Source: an uncultured Gemmatimonadota bacterium (lineage in GTDB: Bacteria; GCA-2686955). From it: DNA of 64,000 nt. Shown piece after piece: positions 43,728 through 55,200 of the stretch (position 1 is its first letter; each line of letters starts with the position of its first letter). The DNA is taken from contig CAZBBK010000016.1 of assembly GCA_964490075.1 (NCBI GenBank), forward strand, positions 1 through 64,000. Reading direction: 5' to 3'. The notes below the pieces were generated by a model. The model made no database searches. It saw only the letters and a program-made list of their open reading frames with translations, and was not told the origin of the DNA. Position numbers and translations under genes: made by a program.

Positions 43728-44871
43728 GAGCTTCCGCGTCTGCTTCATCGAGGACACCAAGCTGCACGGCGGCACTCAGATCTGGGTGGCGGAGGCCTGC
43801 GAGTTCCTGCTGGCGCGGGGGGTCGGGGTGACGCTGCTCACCGCCGAGGCGGGCTGGAATGCGCGCGAGGCGCAGGGCAGCGGCGTGCGGCTGGCCGGCT
43901 ACGACTACGACGCGGTGGTGGACGAAGGCCCGGCCGAGCGCGAAATCTGGACCGCCGCCCTGGCCGACGCCGACGTGGCGGTGTGCACGGTCCATCCGCC
44001 GCGCGGGGGCTTCCACTGCTCGGTGTTCGCCGCGCGCTGCATCGCCGCGGCGGGGCTCGACGTGGTGCTGCTGCCCAAGACCGGGACCATCGTGCCGGAG
44101 TACGAGCGGCGTTTCTACCTGCCCGACCCGGCGATTCGCAGCCAGGTGATCGCCATCACCCGTTTCACGCGCGACTGCCTGGTCGAGTCCTATTCCCTTC
44201 CCGCCGAGGGAGTGGCGCTGGTCTACCAGGGGACCGAGGTGGCGCGCTACACGCCGAACGCGGCGGGGGCGGCCGAGGCGCGACGCCGCTACCCCCTTCC
44301 CGAGGGGGCCGCATTCGTGGTCGGCAACATCGGCTCCTTCGAGGAGCGCAAGGGGCAGGTGGGGCTGCTCGAGGCGATCGCCGAGGCCCGCGGCGAGCTG
44401 CCGGGCATCCACCTGATGCTGGTCGGCGACGGCCCCGACGAGGCGCTGCTGCGGGCGCGGGTCGATGCGCTCGAGCTGGGCGCCCACGTCAGCTTCTTCC
44501 CCTTCACCCGCGAGCCCGAGCTGGTCTTCGAGCGGATCGACGCGACGGTGCTCTCCAGCACCCGCAAAGAGGGGCTGCCGAACGTGCTGCTGGAGTCGAT
44601 GTCGATGGGCGTGCCGGTGGTCAGCACCCGGCTGGCCGGGACGCCCGAGGTGGTGGTGGAGGGCGAGACCGGGCTCCTGGTCGAGCCGGGCGAGGTCGGA
44701 GCGCTGGCGCGGGCCCTGGTGCGCATGGGCGGCGACGCGGCGGCCCGTGCCCGAATGGGAGCGGCGGGCCGGCGCATGATGGAGCAACGCTTCGACAAGC
44801 GCCGCCAGCTCCAGGCCTTCCTGGACCACTACCGGCGAGTGGCGGAGCAGGCTCCTAGCGCCGATCCATGA
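43714..44871 (+). CDS. GT4 glycosyltransferase
   Basis: HGGTQ, GSFEERKG, VGDGP, EGLPNVLLESM. Confidence 0.9.
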   Translation: MTRPESFRVCFIEDTKLHGGTQIWVAEACEFLLARGVGVTLLTAEAGWNAREAQGSGVRLAGYDYDAVVDEGPAEREIWTAALADADVAVCTVHPPRGGFHCSVFAARCIAAAGLDVVLLPKTGTIVPEYERRFYLPDPAIRSQVIAITRFTRDCLVESYSLPAEGVALVYQGTEVARYTPNAAGAAEARRRYPLPEGAAFVVGNIGSFEERKGQVGLLEAIAEARGELPGIHLMLVGDGPDEALLRARVDALELGAHVSFFPFTREPELVFERIDATVLSSTRKEGLPNVLLESMSMGVPVVSTRLAGTPEVVVEGETGLLVEPGEVGALARALVRMGGDAAARARMGAAGRRMMEQRFDKRRQLQAFLDHYRRVAEQAPSADP

Positions 44872-45031
44872 TCCGCCGGTGGATCCCACGGAGCGTGTCG
44901 CGCTTGGCCTTCAATCCGTCGCGGTAGTCCTTCAGGTCGGTGTCGGCGATCTCCATGCTGAGATCGGAGAGGTAGGACTCCAGCGCACGGACCAGAGTCT
45001 CGGCTTCGTTCGAGTCGAGTTCCAGCTGCAT
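44855..45031 (-). CDS. Small hypothetical protein
   Basis: MQLELDSNEAETLVRALESYLSDLSMEIADTD; GGAGGG upstream. Confidence 0.7.
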   Translation of the reverse strand: MQLELDSNEAETLVRALESYLSDLSMEIADTDLKDYRDGLKAKRDTLRGIHRRIMDRR

Positions 45032-45104
45032 CGGGTTTCCCTCCGGCTGCGTCAGCGTCAAAGCGCCCTCGCCTCTCAAGCTACGTCAATGGGGAGCGGT
45101 CGGT

Positions 45105-46979
45105 TCAATCCGTTCGCTGTCGATGATTCCAGATCACGAATCCGAGCATCAGGACCACCGCCGGAGCTCCGGCCCAGGCCGGCAAGCCGCCGCCGGCCGC
45201 CGGGCCGAAACGGGTGTGATCGACGCCGGCGATGATCAGGATGCCGAGGGTCAGGGCGGCGAAGGCGTCGCCGGTGATCAGGCCGGCGGCGTTGAGGATG
45301 CCGCCGTGGGTCGCCGCCTCGATCCGGCGCGTGGCGACGAAGCGGGCCGCCGCCCCCAGCATGATGCCGGTGCCGATCACCGAAGGCAGATAGATGCCGA
45401 CCGCGAAGGCCAGCGAGCTGAGGATCAGTCCCCTGCGCTTGCCGGCCCGCTCGATGCCCACCGCGACCAGGCCCAGCACGGCGCCGGTCGCCACCGGTCC
45501 CACCGGGATCTCGGCGTCGAGGAAGAGCGAGGCCAGCACGGTGGAGAAGAAGCTGGCCTGCGGCGCCGGCAGGTCGGAGCTGCCGAGGGTGTAGGCCTGG
45601 TGCGCCATCCACAGCGTCAGCGGCACGAAGAGGGCGCCGCCGAGCAGCCCCACGAGCTGCCCATGGAATCCGTCCGACACTCGGAATCCATTGAGCTGCA
45701 TGGTCTTGTAGTCCTGGCTCGAGTCGTTCGCGGCGCAGATCGCGACGCAGGCCGCGACCACGATCGGCACCAGCAGGACCACCCCCGGCATGCCCGAGAG
45801 GCCGATGCCGAGCGCCGTCACGCTGAGCACCAGCATGCCCATGAAGACCGTGCCGCTGACCGGCGAGGCCGAGCTGCCGACCTGCAGCGAGAGCAGCCCG
45901 CCGAGCCCCGAGAGCAGCGAGACCAGCACGAAGGAGACCGCCCCGATCACGGCGACCGCCAGCGGCGACGCGCCGGCCATCCCCATCAAGAGGGCCAGCA
46001 GGGCCAGTCCCAGCGCCACCGAGGTGCGCAGCAGGCGCTGGATCCCGGGCGCCAGCTCCAGCAGCGACTCGTCGTCGGCCGCCGGCGCGCCCGTGCCCAC
46101 GCCGGCCCGCCGCGACGCCTCTCGCCCCTCCGCCAGGTAGTGGATCAGGCTGTAGACCACCGCCACCACCATCGCCGCCCCCCCCACCCAGCGGAAGGTG
46201 GTCGGCGGCATGTCGTGGGCGGCCGCGTAGCCGGTGGTCAGCGCGTTGACCAGGCCGCCGCCGAACACCAGGGCGGCGGTCGGCAGGGTCAGGAGCGCGC
46301 CGATGCCGAGGTAGATCGGAGCCGCCGGCAGCGGCAGCTCGATGCCGAGCCGCCCCAGCGCCGGCAGCCGCGGGTGGAAGCTCAGGGTATGGATCTCCTC
46401 TTTCAGCCAGCCGAGCAGCATCGCACCCTGCACCAGGAAGCCCGAGATCAACCCCGCCAGCAGCGAAGGTCTCAGCCGCGGGCGCTCCTCGGGACGCTCG
46501 ACGGCGGTCTCGATCAGCCGATCGGCGGCCACCGCCTCGGGCGCCGGAAGGCGCGGATCGGTCAGGAAACGGCGCGTCGCGAATCCTACGAAGCCGAAGC
46601 CGAGCAGGGCGCCGGAGAGGCTGGCGACGATCAAGAGCGGGACGTCGACCGGCGGCGTCTCGACCCCCTGCTCGAGCGAGATGATCTGCAAGATCGGCGC
46701 GGTGAAGACCACCCCTGCGGTGACCGCCGCGCCGGCCGATCCGGTCACCTGGAAAATCGCCAGAAAGCGCTTGAGCCGCGGACCGAGCACCGCCCCCAGC
46801 GCCACCCAGCCGAGCAGCACCACCAGCGGGCTCACCCCCGGGGTGATGCCCACCTTGGCCGCCGAGATGACCAGTGCCGCGGAGAGTACGATCGACACCA
46901 CCAGGCCGAGCGCCATGCCGAGGCGGGTGGCGGAGCGGGTGGCGGCCGCTGCGAGATCGTTCTCCGGGATGGAATCCAA
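45105..46979 (-). CDS. OPT/YSL-family oligopeptide transporter
   Basis: KVGITP, GVVFTAP, SPVSG, QDYKT, PAPQA, AFAVGIYLP, AGLITGD; many TM segments. Confidence 0.88.
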   Translation of the reverse strand: MDSIPENDLAAAATRSATRLGMALGLVVSIVLSAALVISAAKVGITPGVSPLVVLLGWVALGAVLGPRLKRFLAIFQVTGSAGAAVTAGVVFTAPILQIISLEQGVETPPVDVPLLIVASLSGALLGFGFVGFATRRFLTDPRLPAPEAVAADRLIETAVERPEERPRLRPSLLAGLISGFLVQGAMLLGWLKEEIHTLSFHPRLPALGRLGIELPLPAAPIYLGIGALLTLPTAALVFGGGLVNALTTGYAAAHDMPPTTFRWVGGAAMVVAVVYSLIHYLAEGREASRRAGVGTGAPAADDESLLELAPGIQRLLRTSVALGLALLALLMGMAGASPLAVAVIGAVSFVLVSLLSGLGGLLSLQVGSSASPVSGTVFMGMLVLSVTALGIGLSGMPGVVLLVPIVVAACVAICAANDSSQDYKTMQLNGFRVSDGFHGQLVGLLGGALFVPLTLWMAHQAYTLGSSDLPAPQASFFSTVLASLFLDAEIPVGPVATGAVLGLVAVGIERAGKRRGLILSSLAFAVGIYLPSVIGTGIMLGAAARFVATRRIEAATHGGILNAAGLITGDAFAALTLGILIIAGVDHTRFGPAAGGGLPAWAGAPAVVLMLGFVIWNHRQRTD

Positions 46980-47540
46980 TGCGCTCTCCTCTCCGATGCG
47001 GGGGCGGGCGCGCCGCCCGCGGCTGCAGGGAATCGATGGGCAGCATACGACGCGGCGCGTTCGAGATCACGCCTTCGGCGCCGCCTCGAAGGGATCAGAC
47101 CCGAACGAAATAGCGCAGCTTGACGAAGATCTGGCGCAGTTGATCGCCGGGCGCGGCCACTGGTCGTCGAAGCTGCCCGCGTGGCGTCACACCCATGCGA
47201 CACTGATGTTGGGTTCACCACGAATGCCGAACGGATTGCCGAAGGAGTCGTAGCCCCAGCGCAGAAGCAGTAGATACCGATCGTAGCTACACATCGGCGC
47301 CAAGCTCACGCGCATACCGCGCGCCCTCGCCTGGCTCGGCACGCTCGGCCGCGCCGCGATCATGTGCGCCGGCTAGGCCATCCGATGGCCAGCTGATCCG
47401 CCGCGACCACCGCGGTCGCGCAGGTGGCCCGGAACTCGGTTGCTCGACTACTACGAATCGTCACCGACCTTCACGAACTCCACGACGTCATGGTCCAACC
47501 AGAGCAAGTCCGCGTTTCTCCACAGATCCACATAGAAATA

Positions 47541-47810
47541 GGCCTCCTCAGCAGAATCTGTGGGTTAGTTGTGGTTCGGGCAGGCCGCCAAGTGTATGAG
47601 ACAGGGCGACTTCTGCGACTCGGATGCTTCGGTAACCGTATGCCTTTCTGGTGGTCAACTTCGCTTTGTTGTTGAATCCCTCTACGATGCCAGCAGAGAT
47701 CTCGCCTCGTGCCCTGAACCAGTTGATGATCAGGGGTCTGTGGGCGCGTAGCATTCGCGCGACACGTTTCATGGGATCCATCCGCAGCCCCCGAGAGAAC
47801 CACTGGTCTT
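47541..47810 (-). mobile_element. ISL3-family transposase C-terminal fragment with probable terminal end
   Basis: PMKRVARMLRAHRPLIINWF...VEGFNNKAKLTTRKAYGYR...THRFC*; GGCCTCCTCAGCAGAAT at the end; lower GC. Confidence 0.8.
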
Positions 47811-47964
47811 TCTTTGGGAAAGAAGTGTAGTACAGCCCCACCAGACACCAGGGCTCGCGCGACCGCGCAATCGATTGCGCAAGCGATCCATGCTCGCGCG
47901 CGACTGCCTTATCCTACGGGGACTTCTCCCGCCTTCAGTTCCTCAAATCCAGTCTGGGAATCCG

Positions 47965-50865
47965 ATGAGCAGCACACGACGTTCGGCAATCGAGCTCTCG
48001 CTTTCGGCCTTCGCCGCCGTCTGGCTCGGCACCCCCGGCCATGCCGCGACCCTCGGCCCGGATCTGGAGAAGACCCTGGAGGCGGCCGACGACGATGCGC
48101 TCCTGCCGGTGGTGATCCGACTGCCCGATCAGCTCCGAGCGAGCGAGCTCGATGACGCGCTCACCCGCCGCGGGCTGAGAATCGCCGAGCGTCATGGCGA
48201 GATCATGCGAGCGCTGCGGTCCCACGCCGCCGCCGCGCAGGCCCCCTACCTGGAGCGGCTGCGCTCGGACCCGGTGCCGGACGAAGTGCAGCGCATCCGC
48301 CCGCGCTGGATCGCCAATGTCATCGAGGTCGACGCGACCCCCGCCGGGGTCGCGTTCCTGGCCGAGACGATGGGCGACGCGCAGCTCGAGACGCGCCCGG
48401 TGGCGCCGATCCCCCCGCTCCCGGCCAGCCCCCCGCCCGGCGCCCAGAGCAGCGGCCACGACTGGAACCTCGACGCGATCGGCGCACCGGCCCTCTGGGC
48501 GATGGGGATCCACGGCGAAGGGACCATCGTCGCCCACCTGGACACCGGCGTCGACGCCGCCCACCCGGCGCTGGCCGAGCGCTGGCGCGGGGCGCAGCCG
48601 GGAGTCGAGTGGAGCGAGGCCTGGTTCACCTCGGACGATTCCCAGATCCCCACCGACTCCGGCACCCACGGCACCCACACCATGGGCACCATGACCGGCG
48701 CGGTCGAGGGCGACACCGTCGGCGTGGCCCCGGCCGCCCACTGGATCGCCGCCCAGCTCTACTTCTCCGCGCCGCCGGGGGTGAGCCCCTGGGAGGCCTT
48801 CGAGTGGTGCGCCGACCCCGACGGCAACCCCCAGACCTACGACGACGTCCCCGACGTGGTGAGCAACTCCTGGGTCTACGTCGCCTACGACTGCGTGCCC
48901 TGGGACTCGTACGAGATCGACAACATGGAGGCGATGGGGGCGGTCGCGATCTTCGGAGCCGGCAACGACGGCCCCGGCCCGGAGACGGTCATGCCGCCGG
49001 CCAACCGCGCCGACGATGCGCTTACCAACTTCGCGGTGGGGGCGACCTCTATGAGCGGTCAGATCGCCGGCTTCTCGAGCCGTGGGCCGACCCAGTGCGA
49101 TGTGGACGATTCTCTGAGCTTCAAGCCGGAGGTGGCCGCCCCCGGTGTCTCGGTGCGCTCGACGGTGCCGCGCGGCCGCTATGCCTTCTTCAGCGGTACC
49201 TCGATGGCCACACCACACGTCGCCGGCGCGGCGGCGCTGCTGCGGCAGATCGTGCCGGAGCTGAGCGCGGCGCAGGTGAAGCGCACTCTGCTCGAGACCG
49301 CCCGCCACCCGCAGGGCCCGGGCCTGGAGGACGATGTCTACGGGCGCGGCATCATCGACGTGGAGGCAGCGGCGCGGGCGCTCTTCGAGAAGTACGCGGT
49401 GGTCGGCGGGGCGCGGGTCCGGGTGATCGACGCCGAGAGCGGCGCTCCCATCCCGCGCGCCCGGGTGCTCTTCCGCGAGGCCCACTCGCGGCGCCTCACC
49501 GACGCGGCGGGCGAGGCGGTCTTCGAGCTGCTGGCCGGCGACTATACGCTGAGCGTCGTCGAGTTCTCGCACCACGACTCACAGGATCTGCCGCTGAGCG
49601 TCGTCGCCGACCAGGAGGCGCAGATCGAGGTCGAGCTGGCGTCGCGCCCCGCCGGCACCCTGAGCGGGCGCTGGACCGATCCGGCCGGGGCGGGAATCGC
49701 GGCGCGGCTCGCAATCTACTACGCCGATCCCGAGACCCTGCTGGAGGAGCTCGAAACCGACCTCGACGGCTCCTTCAGCGTCGAGCTGATGGCCGCGAGC
49801 TACAGGGTCGACGCGCGGCCCGCGCCGCCGCAGCGCTTCTTCGAGGTGCAGGATGTGGTGGTCGACTCGGCCCAGGTCACCGATCTGAGCCGCGCCGTCG
49901 AGGCGGCGGCGGTGCTGCTGGTCGACGCCGACGGCGGCGAGGTGGACTACGAGAGCTACTTCGTGGAGGCGCTGGCCGGCGCAGGCGCCAGCCACAACCA
50001 CTGGGATCGCGCGCAGCGCGGAGCGGCGGCCGAGGCGACGCAGACGATGCCCTCGAGCAGCGCCGTGGTCTGGTTCTCGGGCGACAGGGCGCAGGGCGCG
50101 ATGGACGCGGCCGAGGAGCAGGCGCTGATCGCCCACCTGGAGGCGGACGGCAGGCTCTTCCTGACCGGGCGCGACCTGGCACAGAGCCTGGAGGGCGGGG
50201 CGCTGCTCCACGATCGCCTGGGGGTCTCGCACCTGGACGACACCAACGAGAACCACGTGCCGCCGCGCGACTTCTCCGAGCTCGGCGCGCTGATTCCGGG
50301 TCCGATCTTCACCTCCGGCTTTCTGCCCCCGGTCAACCAGGTGGGCCAGGATGTGCTGGGCGGCGGAGACCCGGCGGCCGACTACGCCGAGATCGAGACC
50401 GGGGCCGCCCTGGTCGCGGTCGAGGCTCCGGCGGGCGGCCGCGCGGTGGTCGCCGGCTTCGGCCTCGAGGGGGTGCACTCCGAGCTGCCGGGCGGGGTCA
50501 CCCGCGCCGAGCTCCTGAGCGCGGTGCTGACCTGGCTGGCCGTGCCGCTGGAGTCGTCCCCCGGCTCACCACCGGCGGCGCCGCGCAGCGCGCAGGCGCT
50601 CGGCCATAACCATCCCAATCCCTTCAATCCTCGCACCGTGGTGCCGATCGAGCTGACCCGGCGCGCGGCCGTGCGTCTGAGCGTCTACGATCAACGCGGC
50701 ACCCTGGTCGCCACCCTGGTCGACGGGGTGCTGGAAGCCGGCCGCCACGCGATCCCCTGGGACGGACGAAACGCCACCGGACGCGCGGTGGCCAGCGGGG
50801 TCTACCTCTTGCGGCTGGAGGCGGAGGGGCGGCGGAGCGTGCGCCGGGCGGTGCTTCTGAAATAG
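47965..50865 (+). CDS. Secreted S8 subtilisin-like protease with carboxypeptidase-regulatory-like repeats and FlgD-like C-terminal domain
   Basis: Triad HLDTG, HGTHTMG, GTSMATPH; KPEVAAPG; NHPNPFNP...WDGRNATGRAVASGVY. Confidence 0.93.
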   Translation: MSSTRRSAIELSLSAFAAVWLGTPGHAATLGPDLEKTLEAADDDALLPVVIRLPDQLRASELDDALTRRGLRIAERHGEIMRALRSHAAAAQAPYLERLRSDPVPDEVQRIRPRWIANVIEVDATPAGVAFLAETMGDAQLETRPVAPIPPLPASPPPGAQSSGHDWNLDAIGAPALWAMGIHGEGTIVAHLDTGVDAAHPALAERWRGAQPGVEWSEAWFTSDDSQIPTDSGTHGTHTMGTMTGAVEGDTVGVAPAAHWIAAQLYFSAPPGVSPWEAFEWCADPDGNPQTYDDVPDVVSNSWVYVAYDCVPWDSYEIDNMEAMGAVAIFGAGNDGPGPETVMPPANRADDALTNFAVGATSMSGQIAGFSSRGPTQCDVDDSLSFKPEVAAPGVSVRSTVPRGRYAFFSGTSMATPHVAGAAALLRQIVPELSAAQVKRTLLETARHPQGPGLEDDVYGRGIIDVEAAARALFEKYAVVGGARVRVIDAESGAPIPRARVLFREAHSRRLTDAAGEAVFELLAGDYTLSVVEFSHHDSQDLPLSVVADQEAQIEVELASRPAGTLSGRWTDPAGAGIAARLAIYYADPETLLEELETDLDGSFSVELMAASYRVDARPAPPQRFFEVQDVVVDSAQVTDLSRAVEAAAVLLVDADGGEVDYESYFVEALAGAGASHNHWDRAQRGAAAEATQTMPSSSAVVWFSGDRAQGAMDAAEEQALIAHLEADGRLFLTGRDLAQSLEGGALLHDRLGVSHLDDTNENHVPPRDFSELGALIPGPIFTSGFLPPVNQVGQDVLGGGDPAADYAEIETGAALVAVEAPAGGRAVVAGFGLEGVHSELPGGVTRAELLSAVLTWLAVPLESSPGSPPAAPRSAQALGHNHPNPFNPRTVVPIELTRRAAVRLSVYDQRGTLVATLVDGVLEAGRHAIPWDGRNATGRAVASGVYLLRLEAEGRRSVRRAVLLK

Positions 50866-50932
50866 TCGTGGGGTTCGCGGTAACGAAGGAGTTGCTCGAG
50901 GCGCGGGCGGATACCGAGAGCGAGGAGACCTG

Positions 50933-51184
50933 ATGCCGACCTACCGCTTCAGACATCCCGAAGAAGCGCCACGGAGCGGCTGGTCCGACGGGAACGCAGA
51001 GGAGAATCTGCGGGCGCTGCGCAGCGTGTCGGCGTTCTACCAGCGAGTGGCCGGCGCGCATTTCCCGCCCGGAGTGCACCGCTACCGCGGCGTCGATGAG
51101 GCCCCTGCCGAAGGGGAGGAATGGCTTGAGGAGCAGGTCCGCGCCTTGCGGCAGAGGCGTCTTGCGGCACAGAACAAGAGCTGA
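50933..51184 (+). CDS. Small hypothetical protein
   Basis: GAGGAG RBS; MPTYRFR...FPPGVHRYR. Confidence 0.6.
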   Translation: MPTYRFRHPEEAPRSGWSDGNAEENLRALRSVSAFYQRVAGAHFPPGVHRYRGVDEAPAEGEEWLEEQVRALRQRRLAAQNKS

Positions 51185-51194
51185 CTGTCCCGAT

Positions 51195-52163
51195 TCACCC
51201 CTCCCCTTCCGCCCGCGCCCGCACCTTGTGCAGCCGCCCGTAGAGGTTTTTGCGCCGCGGCGCGTGCTCCTCGTAGAGCGGAATCAGCTCCGCCGACCGG
51301 CGGCAGAGCGAGGCCACCGTCTCCAGCGCGGTGAGGAACTTGAAGTCGCGCACTCCGTGGTCGAAGCCGCGCAGGAAGAGCTCCAGGGCCAGATCGGGCG
51401 CCTGCAGCTCGCGACAGGCCCAGCCGAGCTGGCAGGCCTGCCTGGGGTCGAAGGCGGAGAGCCGCTCCGCGACCAGGGTCGCGGCATCGTCCCGGCGCCC
51501 GTGGCCGAGCAGCGCCCGCAGGTAGCTGGACAGAAGGTCGAGGGGCAGCTCCTCTCCCAGCGCCAGCAATGCCTCGGCCTCCTCGATCGCCGTGTCGGCG
51601 TCGAGATCGATCCTGCGCAGCCGCCGCAGCTGGCGCCGGGCATGGGCATGGTCGGGATGCTCCGCCAGGTACGACTCGAGCATCGCGCGCGCCCGGTCGG
51701 TGCGCTCCTGGCGCTCGTAGAGCCAGGCCAGGTCGAGCTTGCACCAGGGTTGTCGCGGCGCGAGCTCGACCAGGATCGCCTCGGCCTCGTCGAAGCAGCC
51801 GACCTGGGTCAGCGTCTTGCCCAGGTAGCGCTGCGCCCACCCGGTCGACTCCAGGGCCAGGCTCTCGCGCAAGAGCGGCTCGGCGCGCGCGTAGTCCTTG
51901 ACCAGGTAGGCCTCGCGCCCGGCCAGGTAGTGGGCGCGCGCCGACCGCGGAAAGCGCTCCAGCATCAGATCGGCGCCGGCCCGGGCCTCGTTCCAGCGCC
52001 GCTCGGCGATCGCCAGCTCCAGCTCCAGCATCCGCGTGCCAATGCCCACCGCGTCCAGCCGCCGCAGCCGCGCCAGTGCCCGCCGCGCCTCGCCCGTGTC
52101 GCCCTCGCGCAGCGCCTGTCGCACCGCCCGCTGCAGCACCCGCGCCGGCTCGCTCACGCGCAC
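51195..52163 (-). CDS. Tetratricopeptide-repeat protein
   Basis: Repeats AHYLAG...AEPLLRESL, YLGKTL...EAEAIL, LAWLYE...PDHAHA; no signal peptide. Confidence 0.8.
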   Translation of the reverse strand: MRVSEPARVLQRAVRQALREGDTGEARRALARLRRLDAVGIGTRMLELELAIAERRWNEARAGADLMLERFPRSARAHYLAGREAYLVKDYARAEPLLRESLALESTGWAQRYLGKTLTQVGCFDEAEAILVELAPRQPWCKLDLAWLYERQERTDRARAMLESYLAEHPDHAHARRQLRRLRRIDLDADTAIEEAEALLALGEELPLDLLSSYLRALLGHGRRDDAATLVAERLSAFDPRQACQLGWACRELQAPDLALELFLRGFDHGVRDFKFLTALETVASLCRRSAELIPLYEEHAPRRKNLYGRLHKVRARAEGEG

Positions 52164-52237
52164 CGCTCCCGCGCCCGGGGCCCGCCTTTGCTCCGTGCTA
52201 CCGTATGCACGCGATCCACTTCACCACAGATTGCCAT

Positions 52238-55200
52238 ATGTCTCCATCTACGGCCGGCCCCGCCGCCGCTCCGATCCGTCGCTGGATCGAGGTCCGCGCC
52301 CACCCCACCGTGGTGCGTCTGAGCAACCTCGACGAGGCGTGGATCACCGAAGCGTACCACCTCACGCGCGACGTCGAGAACCACCTGGAGGCGTTGCGCA
52401 AGGTGCTGGCCCGGCCGCAAGGCACCGGCGTCTTCCTGATCGGTCCCTACGGCTCCGGCAAGTCGCACTTCCTTGCCTACTTGACCCGCGCCCTGCGCAG
52501 TGCCGCCCTGCGCGATGTTCCGCCGGCGGTCGAGCCTGTGTCGCTGCTCAACTTTCCCGCCGAGCTCGGCCTCGAGCGAATCGTCGGCGACGCACTGGAC
52601 ATCGACCCGGCGCCGGGCGACCGCCGCCCCCTCTGGCGAGCGCTCCAGGCGCGCCATCCCCAGGGCCTGGTGCTGGTGCTCGACGAGCTCTCCGAGTTCC
52701 TGCGCTCCAAGCCGGACGCGCGACGCTTCAACGAAGACGTGCGCTTTCTGCAGTTCCTCGGCGAGTGGGCCATGGGCAACCCCTTCTGGATCGTCGCCGC
52801 GCTGCAGGAGCAGATCGAGCACACCGGCGAGATCGACCGCGCTCTCTACCGCAAGATCCGCGACCGCTACCCCTTGCGCTTTCTGCTCGGCCCCAGCCAC
52901 CTGCGCGACCTGATCGGCGCGGCGATCCTGGTGCGCAAGGAGGGCTTCGCGGAGGCGCTCCAGCAAATCGAGGTGCGCCTCGACCAGGCCCTGCCCGGAC
53001 TGGGCCCCGACGCCGCCGCGCTGCGCCAGATCTATCCCCTGCACCCGGCCACTATCGACTTCCTGGAAGCGATCCGCGACCGCTTTTCGCAAGAGCGTGG
53101 AGCCGTCGACTTCGTCTGCGCTCAGCTCGCCGGCCGTCCGGAGCGCGGCATCGCCTCCTTCCTGGATCGGCCCTGGGGCGACTTCATCACTCCGGAGCGG
53201 ATCGTCGACCACTTCCGCGACCTGCTCGACGTGCAGTCGGAGTTTCTGCCGATCGCGCAGCGCGTGTTTCCGCATTACCGCAAAGAGATGCAGACACTAT
53301 TTCCGGTCAAGGCACGTGCTGAACTGGCCGAGCGCCTGCTCAAGCTGCTGATTCTCGCTCACCTGACTCCCGATCACGACGCCTTGAGCGCCGAGCAGGC
53401 GGCACAATGGCTGATGATCCGCGTCAGCGTCAGCGATCCCGAGAAAAATGTCGCGATCGCGACGGCGCTGCTGGACGAGCTGGCGCAACGCGGGCGTTTC
53501 GTGCGCGCCGTCGACGGCAAATTCCGTCTCGACCTGGACGACGACGAGATCGCCGCCCTGGAACGGGCCATCGCCAGTGAACGCGCCGAGCTCGGCGAGG
53601 GAGTTCCCACGCTCTTCGCCGAGGTGGTGCCGGAGCTCGCCGCGCGCGCCTATGCGCCCTTCGACCTGCCCTGGGAGGAGTGGCAGAGTCGCCGCTTCCG
53701 CTGGCATTTCCACGAGCGACACTTCGCCGTCTACGTCGGCGACAACTCACCTCCCAGGGCGCCGGATCTGGGTTTCGCCCTGTGCATCCGTCCTCCCTGG
53801 GGCTCGAGCGAGCCGGCGGCGGGGATCTTCACCCTGGTTCCGGCCGAGGTTCCGCCCGGACCGGAGCTGGCCGAGCTGGCGGTGCTGCGGCGTGTCGGCA
53901 GGCGCTCCTGGGCGGCGCCGGCCAGCGAGCGATTGCGAGGACGGATCGAGGAATGCTGCCAGGCGCTCTCGACCCGGGTCCGGCACGCCTATCTGGACGC
54001 CCGGCTCAGCGGACCGCGCGGAGACCGGGTCCCGGTGCAGCGCGGCGACGCGACCACCAGCGAGCGCTGGCTGGAGGGACTCGCGGAGCAGATGGCGCGC
54101 GCCCTTTTCCCCGCTTTCGAGCGCTTCGCTCCCAAGGAGGGCCCGCTGCCGAAGCACAGCTACATCGAGCTGGCGCGATTCGCCGCCGGCCACGACTTGG
54201 TCGAGGAGACCACGAGCGAGGCGGTCTCCGTGGTGCGCGACGGCTACTGGGTGCCGATGGGGCTGCTCGAGCGCAAGGGGACCGGCTACCGCATCCCGAC
54301 CGGCCTGGAGCGCAACGAGCTGGTGCGCCTGGTCGGCTCGCGGCTCGACATGGAGCCCCCCCCGCAGCAGCTCTACAAGGTGGCGCGGGCGCCGGTCTTC
54401 GGCCTGGTCGACGACCAGGTCCATCTGCTGCTGCTCTTCTTGCTCTTCCAGGGTGAGATCGACCTGATCAAGGGCCGCAAGAGCCACGGCGAGCTCTACG
54501 AGACCCTGCCGAACCCCTTGCACTACGACCGGGTGGTCGCCGGGCGGGCGCTGCGGCCGGAGGAGCTCGACGAGCTGGGCAGGCTGATGGAGGGGCTGAA
54601 GATGCGCCCGCCGGAGCGCTGGACAGTGCTGGCGCAGCGGCGTGCCGCCGAGCGCATCGGCGAGATCGGCCGGCGCACGCGCACCCAGCTCGGGACCTTC
54701 GCCGAGCGGCTCGCCAAGGTCGAGGACGGCGCGGTGCTGGCGGCCGAGGTGCGCGCCATGATGAAGGTCTGGGCGGCGCTGGACGAAGGCAGCGATGAGA
54801 TCGCCGGGCTGCGACACTTTTTGCGGGAGATCGAAGGCGCGGAGCGCTTTCTGGCCCGAATGCGCGAGCTGATGGCGCTGCCGGGGCGCATCGACTCGTT
54901 GCTGAGGGAGCGACAGCGTTTTCAGCATCTCTTCGGCCATTGTGTGTTCGCCGAAGGAGTCGATGCGGAGCTGGGCAGTGCGCTGGACGAGCTGGGAGAG
55001 GCTCCGGCGATCGCCACGCCGGACGAGCTGGGCCGATGGATCGACCGCGCGGGTGCGCTCTACCGGCGCTACGGCCAGGACTACGCGCGGAGCCACGCCG
55101 CCTGGTGGAAGGAGTGGCGCGAGAGAGAGGTGGCCTGGACACCGCCCCCGGTGGCTGGCAGCCGCCACCTGGGACTCGATACCCAGCTCGAGGAGTGGAC

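Noticed and set aside
47285-47378. Integron attC-like imperfect palindrome near the ISL3 fragment
   Set aside because: Ends read gctacac / ggctaggc rather than RYYYAAC / GTTRRRY; no integrase or cassette array in the window
52076-52237. N-terminal extension of the ATPase ORF given in the ORF track
   Set aside because: Pro/Ala-rich, overlaps the TPR gene on the other strand; ATG at 52238 is more plausible
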